From: Conidiobolus incongruus B7586
Taxonomy: Eukaryota
Length of the DNA stretch: 36,335 nt
Direction: 5' to 3'
Assembly (NCBI GenBank): GCA_000697335.1
Contig: JNEM01011310.1
Location: 1-36,335 of the forward strand
Part shown: positions 25,430 to 35,777 of the stretch, one piece after another
How the letters are laid out: the number at the start of each line of letters is the position of its first letter
How positions within the stretch are numbered: position 1 is the first letter of the stretch
Program-made: the position numbers and the translations under genes
The notes under the pieces: generated by a model
The model's database searches: none
Told to the model about the DNA's origin: nothing
What the model saw: the letters and a program-made list of their open reading frames with translations, nothing else

Positions 25430-26937
25430 ACTCTTATAACTATATCAATAATTGAAGAGAAGTGCAAAATTACAAGTCAATGATTATAATAGAGATGGAG
25501 CTTAGGTCCTTGAAATAGATATTATTTCTTATTGTTGGAATAAAAAGTATTTTTATACTAATGCAGCTTAATATAAATCAATTCATTGATTCAAAAGAGT
25601 AAAATTTGAATAATTTTTTAGATTATAATTCAAATATTCATTAATCCATTGTACTTAATATCTCAATTTCAATTAAAACCAAAAATCATAATGGTGATAA
25701 GATTTAAAATGAAATATGTACATATGCTCTAGATAGGAATTTTTCAATTATTACACTATTCATTGGTTATTAATTGTTTTATATTCGATTTCAGATATAA
25801 ATATTGAAATTTTTATTTCAATGTGGTTATGATAAACGAAAAATAATAGTTCTTTTTTGGCTAATATTGGCAATTGAGCATCAAATGAGTTAAATGCTTC
25901 ACCTTTATTGCAAAATTCACTGAAATGAACATTAATAATGGAATAGAAAATTGAAAATTGAAAATTGTTTTGAATGCGGAGCTGAAAGTAAATGAAGGTC
26001 ATGCTGAGAAAATACCTCATATTCCATATATCTGCTACATTACTGGAATTCATCCATAAATCAATACAACGCTATGCATTCTTTGATATTATATAGTATT
26101 CTGATCATATAATAGCATAGTTTCATAAGATAATTAGTTGAAATGCAGGCAACAAAGTTATTATGATTAAACTCATAATTAGACTATTCCAGATATGAAT
26201 AGGTCGCTTCAAAACAATTCATTCATTAAAAATAATACTATTAAAAGTATTATAGCATATTATCATTGACTGGAAAAATACAATAACTAAATCGATTTTT
26301 ATTCAATTTTATTAATATATAAATGATTCCAGATATGGTATTATCTTGTTTTGAATGGACGCAATTTTGGTATTGATTTGATTTTTTTATATTTTAAATA
26401 TATTGTATAAAAATGAAAGTTATAGTGTTGATAGTTATCATTATAACATTTGCCATTGTATAATATATATTGCTTAATTCAAAATTACAATTGATTTTCT
26501 CACTATCGTTTTTGGTATATTTCATTAATTTGATTTCAAGTTTGGTTAATAAATAAAAACACCTTACATAAAATCAATCATATGAACAGTTTTGTTACAA
26601 AAGTCTCTTGAAGAGTTTTCATTGTTATTAAAAGTTGATGTAATATTAAATATTTCTTTATACTGGAAATTGGTACAATATTATATATATTAGCTTATAT
26701 TCAAATATCTTAAAATTATTACCCTTGATATTAAATAACTATTATTTTGGTTATGATTTTTAGATTTGAGCATTGAATAAAATATTTTAAGTCCCGAAAT
26801 TTTATAAATTCTGTTAATTGAAATATCGGAACCTGAATGTTATTAATAGCATAATATTTCAAATATTCAATTACTTCATGGTTTGTAAAAATTTTGCATG
26901 TAATATCATAATTTTTATTTAATAATAATATTACCAT
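25430..26937 (-). pseudogene. Possible decayed coding relic (F-box/LRR-like)
   Basis: Short minus-strand ORFs 26731-26937 (KIFTNHEVIEYL) and 25760-26053 plus fragments LMLNCQY and YNH*LVILH suggest one broken gene of about 1.5 kb. Weak. Confidence 0.25.
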
Positions 26938-27003
26938 TTTTTATATGTAAATTATTTTTGGTATATAAGAGAGCTATAAGTTTACCATTATTGGATTACA
27001 TAA

Positions 27004-28311
27004 ATGCGTTTATACCATATGAAATCAGTTTTAGTTAATTCTTTTACGATCCTGTTTTTAACCTGCAGTTCTTTTGCTGCAGACTCGACCTCTACTCAAA
27101 GTAAGGTAGTGAATGATTCAAGTGAACAGACGTTGATTTCTAAGCTTCAAGAATATATTCGCATCAAGACTGTCCATCCTACTCCGGACTACGCTAAATC
27201 CACCGAGTTCTTGGTTAACTATGCTAAGGAACTCAACCTCCTATCTCGAGTATATGAATGCATCAAAGGGAAGCCATTTGTCATTATGACTTGGGAAGGG
27301 AAGAACCCCAGCCTCCCATCTGTTGTCCTCAATTCTCACAGTGATGTTGTACCTGTATCTTTGGCAAACTGGAAGTGGGATCCCTTTTCTGCAAAAATTG
27401 CTAAGGATGCTGAAGGGAAGCAAATCATCACTGGGAGAGGTTCACAGGACTGCAAACCAGTGGGAATTTCATACCTCGAGACTATTAGAGCGTTAAAGAA
27501 GTCCAATTTTAGCCCTTTGAGAACTATTCATGTTTTTTTCTCACCTGATGAGGAGCTTGGTGGTATTGATGGAATGAAGTGCTTTGTTGCATCAAATGAA
27601 TTCAAGAAAATGAATATTGGATTCTCTTTAGATGAGGGAGCAGTACTACCATTAAATGAGTACAGAGTATTCTATGGCGAGAGAGCCAGATGGTTGGTCA
27701 ATGTAACTGCTGTAGGAGATACAGGTCATGCTAGTACATTTGTTAAAAACTTAGCTTATGAAAAATTCAATAAATTCTATCAAAAGTTGAATAAGTTTAG
27801 AAGTGAAGAAGAGAAGAAATATGAAAATGGACTTTTGGGCGATAATGGAGCGGTGGCAACCATAAATCTCACATTCCTCAAAGCTGGTCAAGCCTTAAAC
27901 GTAATTCCTGATACAATTAATGCCATATTTGATTTTAGAGTTTCTCCTAATACTGATATAGCCAAGTTTAAAAAGAATTTAGTCAAATGGGCCAACCAAG
28001 CAGGCGTAAGTTTAACCTATCCTGAGGGCACACCAGATCCCTTAGCAACTAATTACAGCAATACCATTTGGTGGAAAGCTTTTACTGATTCAGCTAAATC
28101 TCACAATGTGACTTTAAATCCTTACATATTTGGAGCAGCTACTGATTCCAGATATTTGAGAGAGAGAAACATCCCAGTTCTAGGTTTGAATCCTTTTAGA
28201 CTCAATCCAATGTTGGCACACGATCATAATGAATATCTCAAGGTCGAATCTCTTATGGACGGTTTTAAGTTTTACAAACTTTTAATTCCTAGGTTAGCTA
28301 ACATAGCTTGA
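27004..28311 (+). CDS. ACY1: Aminoacylase-1-like M20A metallopeptidase with predicted signal peptide (copy 3), 435 aa, intronless
   Basis: LNSHSDVVPV, GRGSQDCK, PDEELGG, SLDEG, GHAS, FDFRV, TDSRYLRE, AHDHNEYL, so all metal ligands are present. N-terminus MKSVLVNSFTILFLTCSSFA|AD. Confidence 0.94.
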   Translation: MRLYHMKSVLVNSFTILFLTCSSFAADSTSTQSKVVNDSSEQTLISKLQEYIRIKTVHPTPDYAKSTEFLVNYAKELNLLSRVYECIKGKPFVIMTWEGKNPSLPSVVLNSHSDVVPVSLANWKWDPFSAKIAKDAEGKQIITGRGSQDCKPVGISYLETIRALKKSNFSPLRTIHVFFSPDEELGGIDGMKCFVASNEFKKMNIGFSLDEGAVLPLNEYRVFYGERARWLVNVTAVGDTGHASTFVKNLAYEKFNKFYQKLNKFRSEEEKKYENGLLGDNGAVATINLTFLKAGQALNVIPDTINAIFDFRVSPNTDIAKFKKNLVKWANQAGVSLTYPEGTPDPLATNYSNTIWWKAFTDSAKSHNVTLNPYIFGAATDSRYLRERNIPVLGLNPFRLNPMLAHDHNEYLKVESLMDGFKFYKLLIPRLANIA

Positions 28312-28994
28312 ACTATCAACAAATTATGATTTAACTATTATAAGTTATAATATATTATTTTCAAGTGTGTTGTTTTATTCCAAATTTCTGATGGTCAAAT
28401 TAAAATAAATTTTAAATAAATAAACTATTTTTATAATATATTAAATAAATTTCATAGCCATCATATACAATTGAGTGATAATTTAAAAATACTCAAGCTA
28501 ATGTTTTATATAATATCGTAAGCAATGCATATGGTTTCTTTAGAATATGAGTTTTGCCAAATCAATTTATGAGTCTATAGAGTATTGAAGATTATAAATA
28601 TAAGATAAATTTTGGGTTAATTTATTAAAATAAACTGGTTAACATCAAAATATAGCTATAGCATTCATAGTTAACCTAGTATACCTTATATGAATAATAT
28701 CTTTGAATGCAACACCAAAAATTAAACATTTTCAATGTACCATTGCTAAAGAGTTAATTTTGTGATGAAAGTCAGAAATAGTTGTCATGATTTCATTTCA
28801 ATCCCATAAAGATAAAGTGTCAAAAAACAAATTTAAAATAGATCATCGTCCAAATTTTGATAAGAATAGTCCATCTAGAGAAAATTCATATATTGTATAT
28901 AACTTTTAAGCTTTCGTCCACCTGATTACAGTTTTTATTTAGTATCTCCTTTTTTCTGTATCATATATTATTATTTCCTCTATCTTTATTAACC

Positions 28995-29666
28995 ATGTCT
29001 GGCAAACCTATCCTTCCAAAGAACTCCATTAGTTCAGGGACGGAACAAACTAACCAAGGTAATTTTTACTTAATTTTGATTTTAAACAATCTTTCCTTAT
29101 GATTTATTTGTTTTAGTGCTCAACCAAGTTATTATTTCTAACAAAGATCTTTATATTGAAAATTTACTCAAAACTATTCGAGCTTACAAATCAGAAGTTG
29201 AAAGGCTGAAATTTAAAAATTCATTATTAGAAGTAAGTATTTATTATATATTTTATATGAATATTATTTGACTTTTAAATTTTTCAATAGAGTGATTTTA
29301 CAGAAGCCAAACAAAAGTTAAAGAAACACAAAAAAGATTTCAAATCAAAGGAATATTATCTCAAACAAATATCCAAGCTTTCTAAACAAAATAAAAAGCT
29401 GTAAGTATGACTTAACTTATTTATATACCAATATTAATTACTTTTATAGAAAAAAAGAAAATAATAGATTAAAAAATACTTCGGAAGCAGTTTCATACGA
29501 AGATCGCTTAACGCCTGCCAGTTTCAGTGAAATACTTCCATCTTCATCAGACTCCAGACCTTCGACGCCTCCAAATCATCCAATCACTATTCACATGCAA
29601 CAAATGGCTGATAAATTGAACAGTCTTAAATCAGAATACTTGCACCTTGAATCTAACTGGAATTAG
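28995..29666 (+). CDS. Small coiled-coil protein, 168 aa, 4 exons (absent from the ORF track); probable truncated paralog of the gene at 31503
   Basis: Exons 28995-29058, 29117-29232, 29291-29400, 29450-29666. Three GT-AG introns (58, 58, 49 nt) give an uninterrupted 507-nt ORF MSGKPILPKN...YKSEVERLKFKNSLLE...KLSKQNKKLKKENNRLK...LESNWN*. Confidence 0.8.
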
Positions 29667-31502
29667 CTACCTTTAATATGATTATTTATTATCCCTATTC
29701 ATTCCCATTCTTTCCAACGTATATTATTTAATCTATTCACTATCCATCAATAAGTGTCTTTGCAAATAAATTTCGCTATGCCACTCTATATATCGATGGT
29801 TTATCATATTATTTTGTAACCTAAACATATACATATTTGCAATTCAATATATATATTCATAACAATATCAACAGTAATAATAAATATAAAGCTACAAATA
29901 ATAAATCTACTCTATTTGAAATTTTTATTCTCAAAAATTTGACCTCTAAATTGAGATTTATTGCGATTTTACGAAGAAAAAGTTGGAATTATATTTACCA
30001 ATCAAGGACTTTGTATATAATTTTATTTGTATGAATTGTATTAGAGGTTTTATTGACTAGAATCACAAAAGTCATTATTCAAATAATTATTAAAAATTCT
30101 TGAACCTAGGTTGAATAGTTGGGATGAGTATTTTATCCTAAATATACTAACTATAATTTTACTTAATTAAATTTAGTCAATGAGTCATAATATATTAAAA
30201 TTAAACTCACAATATCAAAAAATATAGATTAAATATATCTTATGAGAAATATGCTATATGTAGTAATAAAAATTGATAACAGAAATTTATTTTCATTTTG
30301 GATGATTTGGATTATATTTGAATAAATTTTTTAATTTTTGTAGATACTTTATTATAAAAATTCAAATTACTGATTATAAAGATATTTGGTAGTTATTTTG
30401 AATTTTTAGTATTCCTATGTTAATTAATCAAGTTAACATTTTCAATTTAAATTACCTTGTCAACTTTAAATAAAATCAATATTTAATCAACAGATGGTTT
30501 TTTCCAAGTAGAATAAATGCCGAAGAATTTGATGCAAATGTTGAATAAAGCAAATATTACTTAATATTAAAAAATTTGGATTGATAAGATGAATATATTG
30601 AATATTAAATTTTTATTTTATAAATGAATATATCTCATAAAACTTATTTCATTGAACTAATATTGTGTTTATATGTTAGTATTAAGAAGGTTAAATTTGC
30701 CTTTTAAACTAGAATACTATAAATGATATCATTTATAAATGCATATATATTTTCAATGCTTTCCATTTAATATCAATTGGTATGCTTTTATAAACTCTTG
30801 TGTATTTTATATTGGTGATATTGACATTAACACATAATTTTATAAAACTTTTTTGAAACCTGAAATAATTTAAAATTTATTTAATGAATATAATATATTA
30901 ATCACTGTGTTATTATTATATGCAATAACTATTCAATGATAATATTATCGAATTATCTATAAAATTGTGCTATTTTTTTTTATAAATTTTGATTCTTTTG
31001 TTTTAATGACTTAGAGGTCCCATACTTTTTATATTCAATTCATAAATTAATTTAAACCTTGTAATTATTGAGCAGAAATCATCATAATAATTTATAAAAT
31101 ATGACATCTAATTCTAGTTATCCAATCACATATCAATTTTAAACCCATTATCCAATCAAATGCCATTATTTATAATTCTTTCAAACATCGATTTTTCAAT
31201 TGGCATTAAATTTAGTGTCTAATTTTGTCTCAATTATCAAATTTCCAATTATTAATCCAACATTCTTCAGACTCCTTAGTCTTGTTTTTTGACTGTGTCA
31301 TAGTCAACAAAATACTCTTAATTATTTAATATTAAATACAATATACTAATAATAAAAGCTATTAGGCTTTTTTAAACTATATATAATTATCTGGGCTTAA
31401 TATCTTTCAAGGTGGACTTATTGACCTCATCAACGACTAATATTATCCTAATCAAAAACTTGTATTATTGAATTTGATATATTTGGTGTATATTTATATA
31501 AA

Positions 31503-33971
31503 ATGGATACCAATAAAGAACTTGTCCTTGAAAAAGTTAAAAAAGTTAAAGAAACAGTTACTGAGATTAACCGTTGTTTTAAATTTGTCAAGTTTGCTAA
31601 AGAAGGTACTATCCTCTTTAAACTATGTAATAATGAAATCTAACTAGATGATTTCATTTTATTTAGAAATGGAGAAATTTAAAAAGTTACATGAGGAGTC
31701 AAATGGTAAAGTTTTAAGTCTTCAGGTCGAACTACAAGAAAAAGATGCTCAATTAGTCCAAGCCCAAGTTTCTATGTCTAATTTAGCTTCAGAAGTCAAT
31801 AATTTCAAAACCAAAGACAAATCCTTTGAAGTAAAACATAGTTTATCATTATGATCATTTATATTTATAATAACTCTTATTTTAGACTTTAACTTCTCAA
31901 TTGAACCATAAAATTGCTGAGTATAAGGAACAACTTGACCTATATCGAGAAGTTGAAGACCAAAACAAAAAGTTGCAGAAAGAGAACTCTAAGCTGTAAT
32001 TATTATTTTTAAAGTGAAAAAGCTTTCATAATATATTAACCTTGCTATTTTAGTAAAAATGAGAAAAACTCCCTTGGGGCGGAAATCTATGAGCTCAAAA
32101 ACAAAATTAAAGAGAATGTTACAAATCAGGTGAATCCAGCACAACTAACTGATCTTCAAAATCAAAAGAATGAGCTCCAATTGGAAAATATGAGATTATC
32201 TGCAGAAAACGCCGAGTTGATAACGAGACTACAGAAAGCAGATGAGGAATTGAAGAACTTCCAACAAAAGCTGGCAAATATTGATTCCGATTATTCTATG
32301 CTTGAGGAAATGGTGTCGAAAGCTTTTGCAGCTGATAAAAATACGCTAATCACAAAATCTGACAAAAATAAATATAAACTAAAGGCTAAGAATCTCAAAG
32401 TCAAGTTAGCTAATGCTAATGCCAAGATAGCTCAAAAGAACGAAAAACTTAAGTCTGCCAAAAAGAAAATCCAGCAAATGATGACCTTTATAAATCAGTC
32501 GGCTTTGAGTCCATCTATGACCTCTATGAATGCACCTCCCTCTTTTTGTGAAATCTCGAGCATACCTCCTCCACCCGCATCTATAGAAACTTCCGCTCTG
32601 AGCAATATTGTAACTCATACTTCTATAACTCCCCACGATTCTCCAGTTCTCAACTCTCAATCTTTCGCTAAAAAACCTAACCAATCATCTCAGTTGAATG
32701 CGACAAATTATGATATAGACAGTATTTTTAATGATAACGATAACGATGATTTAGCGAACACATCTACTAACAAAAACCCATTCAACAAAGATTTTACAAC
32801 AAATGGAATCTCAAAACACAATTTGAATGTGTTGAGCCAATCTGAGTTTCAAGCATTGACCCAATCAATTATGGATGATCTTCTCTCTGATGATGAGAAT
32901 GATGAAGAACAATCAACACTAGTTACAGACTCTACTATATCTAAGAGATCATTAACAGGCAACATATCTTCCTCAGGTCAAGCACCTCAAAATAAACTTG
33001 TTCAATCTAAGAATCCTGTTGGTGATCGCATTCAACAAATGAAGTCAAAGGCTTTAAAGGCCTCTCAAGCGCAGTCTGCTTCCTCAGCTAGTGTTCCACC
33101 TACATCTAATTCCTATCATAACTACTATCCTCGTTTCACAATCGAGACTAACCTGAAACGACTTTTGCAAAAACTACCATACACCAAAGGTCTCACTTCT
33201 CTTTATGTAAAAAACTGCGAGCCTATGATTCAAGATACTAGTGCCATATTAATGAGTATTTTAAAACTAGTCAAACAGTCATCCATTGGCCAACTGGAAA
33301 TGGGGGAGACTATCTTTGAATCACTTGATGAAGTTTGGGTAAACTCTGTTTATCGAGTACCTTTGAACACAGATTTGCAGGATTTAGAATATAGAATCAT
33401 TATTAGCCTTGTACTTTTTAATACCCATTTTCCAAAATATAATCTGATTGAGTACATTATGGATCAACTGCCGAAGCATATCCTCGATCCTGTCGAAAGT
33501 TTGAAACAGCCAGTCTCATACACTTCGTCATTATGTCAAATATTTGTATCACTTTGTAAAATTACTGAAGATATTGCCCGATGCCGTGTTTTCTTTTATG
33601 ATGTTTTGACTCTTTTTGTAGATTGCCCATTTCAATTGCAAATTTTGTCAACCATTGCAAATATTTACCCTGAAGTTGCCTCATATTCAGAATCTAATCC
33701 TCCTCATCTCAACATTTTTTTAAATGTAATCGAGTCAGCCATTGCTGGTATATTTATGGCAGACACGAACGTCGATGATGAGGTATATCAAATATTTATT
33801 GATAAGTGTAACTGGAGCTTACTACACCAATCTCCTACTCTGCTCGAATCAATTGAGAAACTTAGTGAATTGCAGCTAGATTCAGCATCTCCCGATGAAA
33901 GTATAGACTTTTTAATCCAACAATCGCTGACTATTGCGAGAATATTTGGATCAGAGCAATTAAAATTTTAA
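31503..33971 (+). CDS. Coiled-coil protein with ICE1-like (little elongation complex subunit 1) C-terminal helical domain, about 764 aa, 4 exons
   Basis: Exons 31503-31605, 31667-31830, 31886-31995, 32054-33971; introns GT-AG and in frame. N-terminal coiled coil, S/N/D-rich disordered middle, and C-terminal SLCQIFVSLCKITEDIARCRVFFYDVL...IANIYPEV...KCNW resembling ICE1 ALCRVYVGICRQLGDLERARLFCYSLL...IANMWHDI...FLNW (recalled). Gene model is solid; ICE1 identity is moderate. Confidence 0.6.
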
Positions 33972-34053
33972 ATCGAATATTATGTACATTTTAATAACAA
34001 AACAATAAATCATATCACTTATTCTGATATGAAATCATTGTATGTTTTTATTT

Positions 34054-35353
34054 TTATAAACTAGACTTGAAGTTCTTAATGTAAGTTTGGTGCATTTGAA
34101 CTAATTTAGGGATGAATAAGCTTTCAATTTCCACCTTGGAATCCACTTGTTCAGCACTTAAGTTAATCTCTTCAACTTCGTCATGGGTTACAAATAAAAC
34201 GCGATGCTTTCTAGTAGTTAAAAGATTACCAATTACTAATTGATGTTGATAACGCTCAATAGATTGTTGACATTTAGGAACAAGAAGATTTGGATCAGTC
34301 TCAAGCTAATTAATTGATTTAAGATTAATTGAATTTGAGAGACTGATATATAGGAATTTACTTTAAATGATACAATAAAAGCTTTAGGAGCCCATTGTTT
34401 CACAATTGGTTTTAAAAATTTAGGTACTTTTGCTAAACTGATAATTAAATCCCCCTCACTAGATTGGATTTTATGTTCAACCTATTCTCAATGTAATCAG
34501 TATATGTCTATTGAATAAAAATGAATAAATATACCATCTGATGACTGGGGATAAAGAAATCAGAAACTGCGGCAGCTAAATAAAATAATGCCATATGCTG
34601 AAGCTGATCCAGGATTTTAGTGGCCTTTGTGAGGATGAATAAGTAATCGGATACTGTTACAAATGGGATTTCAAGCAAGGTTTGATTTTGTTTGACCTAT
34701 AAATTATTAATTTCATACCAAAATGTTTATACAATATAAATACCTTTTGATACTTCATTAATATACTTTCGAGTTTGCTAGATACATTGGAGTTAACTAG
34801 AATAGTATATTAAAATGATATAACTTATAAATATAAATTTAAAGCTACCTTGAATGATATTTTCATCACCATATTGTTTAAAACTCAAGTAATCTAAAAA
34901 ACAATTGGTGGTATGGCTATAGTGTCTACTAAAAGGTTGAAGACTGAATTGTCTGTGTAAAAAAATAACATGATAGCCGTTATCTAAAAAATATGTAAAT
35001 TTCTGAATTAAGAATATGACCAATAAAAGCATATATGTATATATAGATTATTTAGTATAAATATGAAAAGGATATTCAGCAGATGTGGCACCTCTTGTAC
35101 CAGCAGAGAAGTTGTCAATATAGCGGACTGTTTGGTATTCCAAGGGAACAGTCGTACCTCCACTCTAAAGTATTTGAATATTAGTTTAAATTTAAACATT
35201 ATATGAAAAGCGTCAATTTACAGTAACTAAAACAACTGGATGGTCTAGTTTTTTAGCTTTTTGGATAAAGCGATCGATTTTATCTTCAATTTCTTTTAAA
35301 TTGCTAGGAGGGATGGATTGAGCTAGATATTCTTCAGGATCAATAGTAGTCAT
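34054..35353 (-). CDS. CAB2: Phosphopantothenate-cysteine ligase (CoA biosynthesis), 317 aa, 7 exons
   Basis: Exons 35353-35222, 35164-35076, 34994-34849, 34796-34744, 34696-34535, 34481-34362, 34305-34054 (954 nt). Motifs [81 protein letters not shown]. Confidence 0.96.
34995..35075 (-). other. U12-type AT-AC minor spliceosomal intron (CAB2 intron 2, 81 nt)
   Basis: 5' end ATATCCTTTT, branch-site-like TTCTTAAT (35014-35007) 12 nt before the terminal TTTAC. Removal restores GCT GA|A TAT TTT TTA = SAEYFL. Confidence 0.92.
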
Positions 35354-35777
35354 TTTTTATAATATTGGTATTTATATTAATTTAGCAGAATATAACAAAA
35401 TAATTTATATTACTTACGAAATATATCATGGACTTGATTTCATCTTGTAAATATTCTTTAAACCTAATCAATTGAAATTATGGGTTTAATTCCAAGAGTA
35501 AAATCTATGAAACCTATTATGATATAAAGAATCTTTTCAAAATAATTTAAACAATGATAAAATATAATTTAAACATTATCAAATATTCAGATGATATAGT
35601 CACCTATATTTTTCAATTTAAATAGTATCCAGTAATTAAATTATAATATACTATTTATTTTTACTCATTTGTTTAATTCTTATTAAGTGAATAAAATGGT
35701 ATCCATTTTAATTCAATAATATCAAACCAAAAATAAAATAAACATCAGATATAAGTATGCAGAATGAATTTTAAAAA

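Noticed and set aside
29837..30034. 65-aa plus-strand ORF
   Set aside because: Non-ATG start, intergenic-like AT content, no motif or splice support.
8073..33971. Additional GT-AG U12-type introns, for example in DPB2 or DONSON
   Set aside because: None of the other 26 modelled donors (gtaaat, gtaata, gtattt, gtacta and so on) matches GTATCCTT.
34995..35075. CAB2 as a pseudogene, or retention of the 81-nt (3n) insert
   Set aside because: The insert has an in-frame TAA, all other exons are intact, and the U12 signals explain it.
25421..35777. Segment between the inverted repeats as a composite transposon with TIRs
   Set aside because: No transposase is evident, the cargo includes the housekeeping gene CAB2, and the outer boundary and any target-site duplication cannot be seen because copy B runs off the window.
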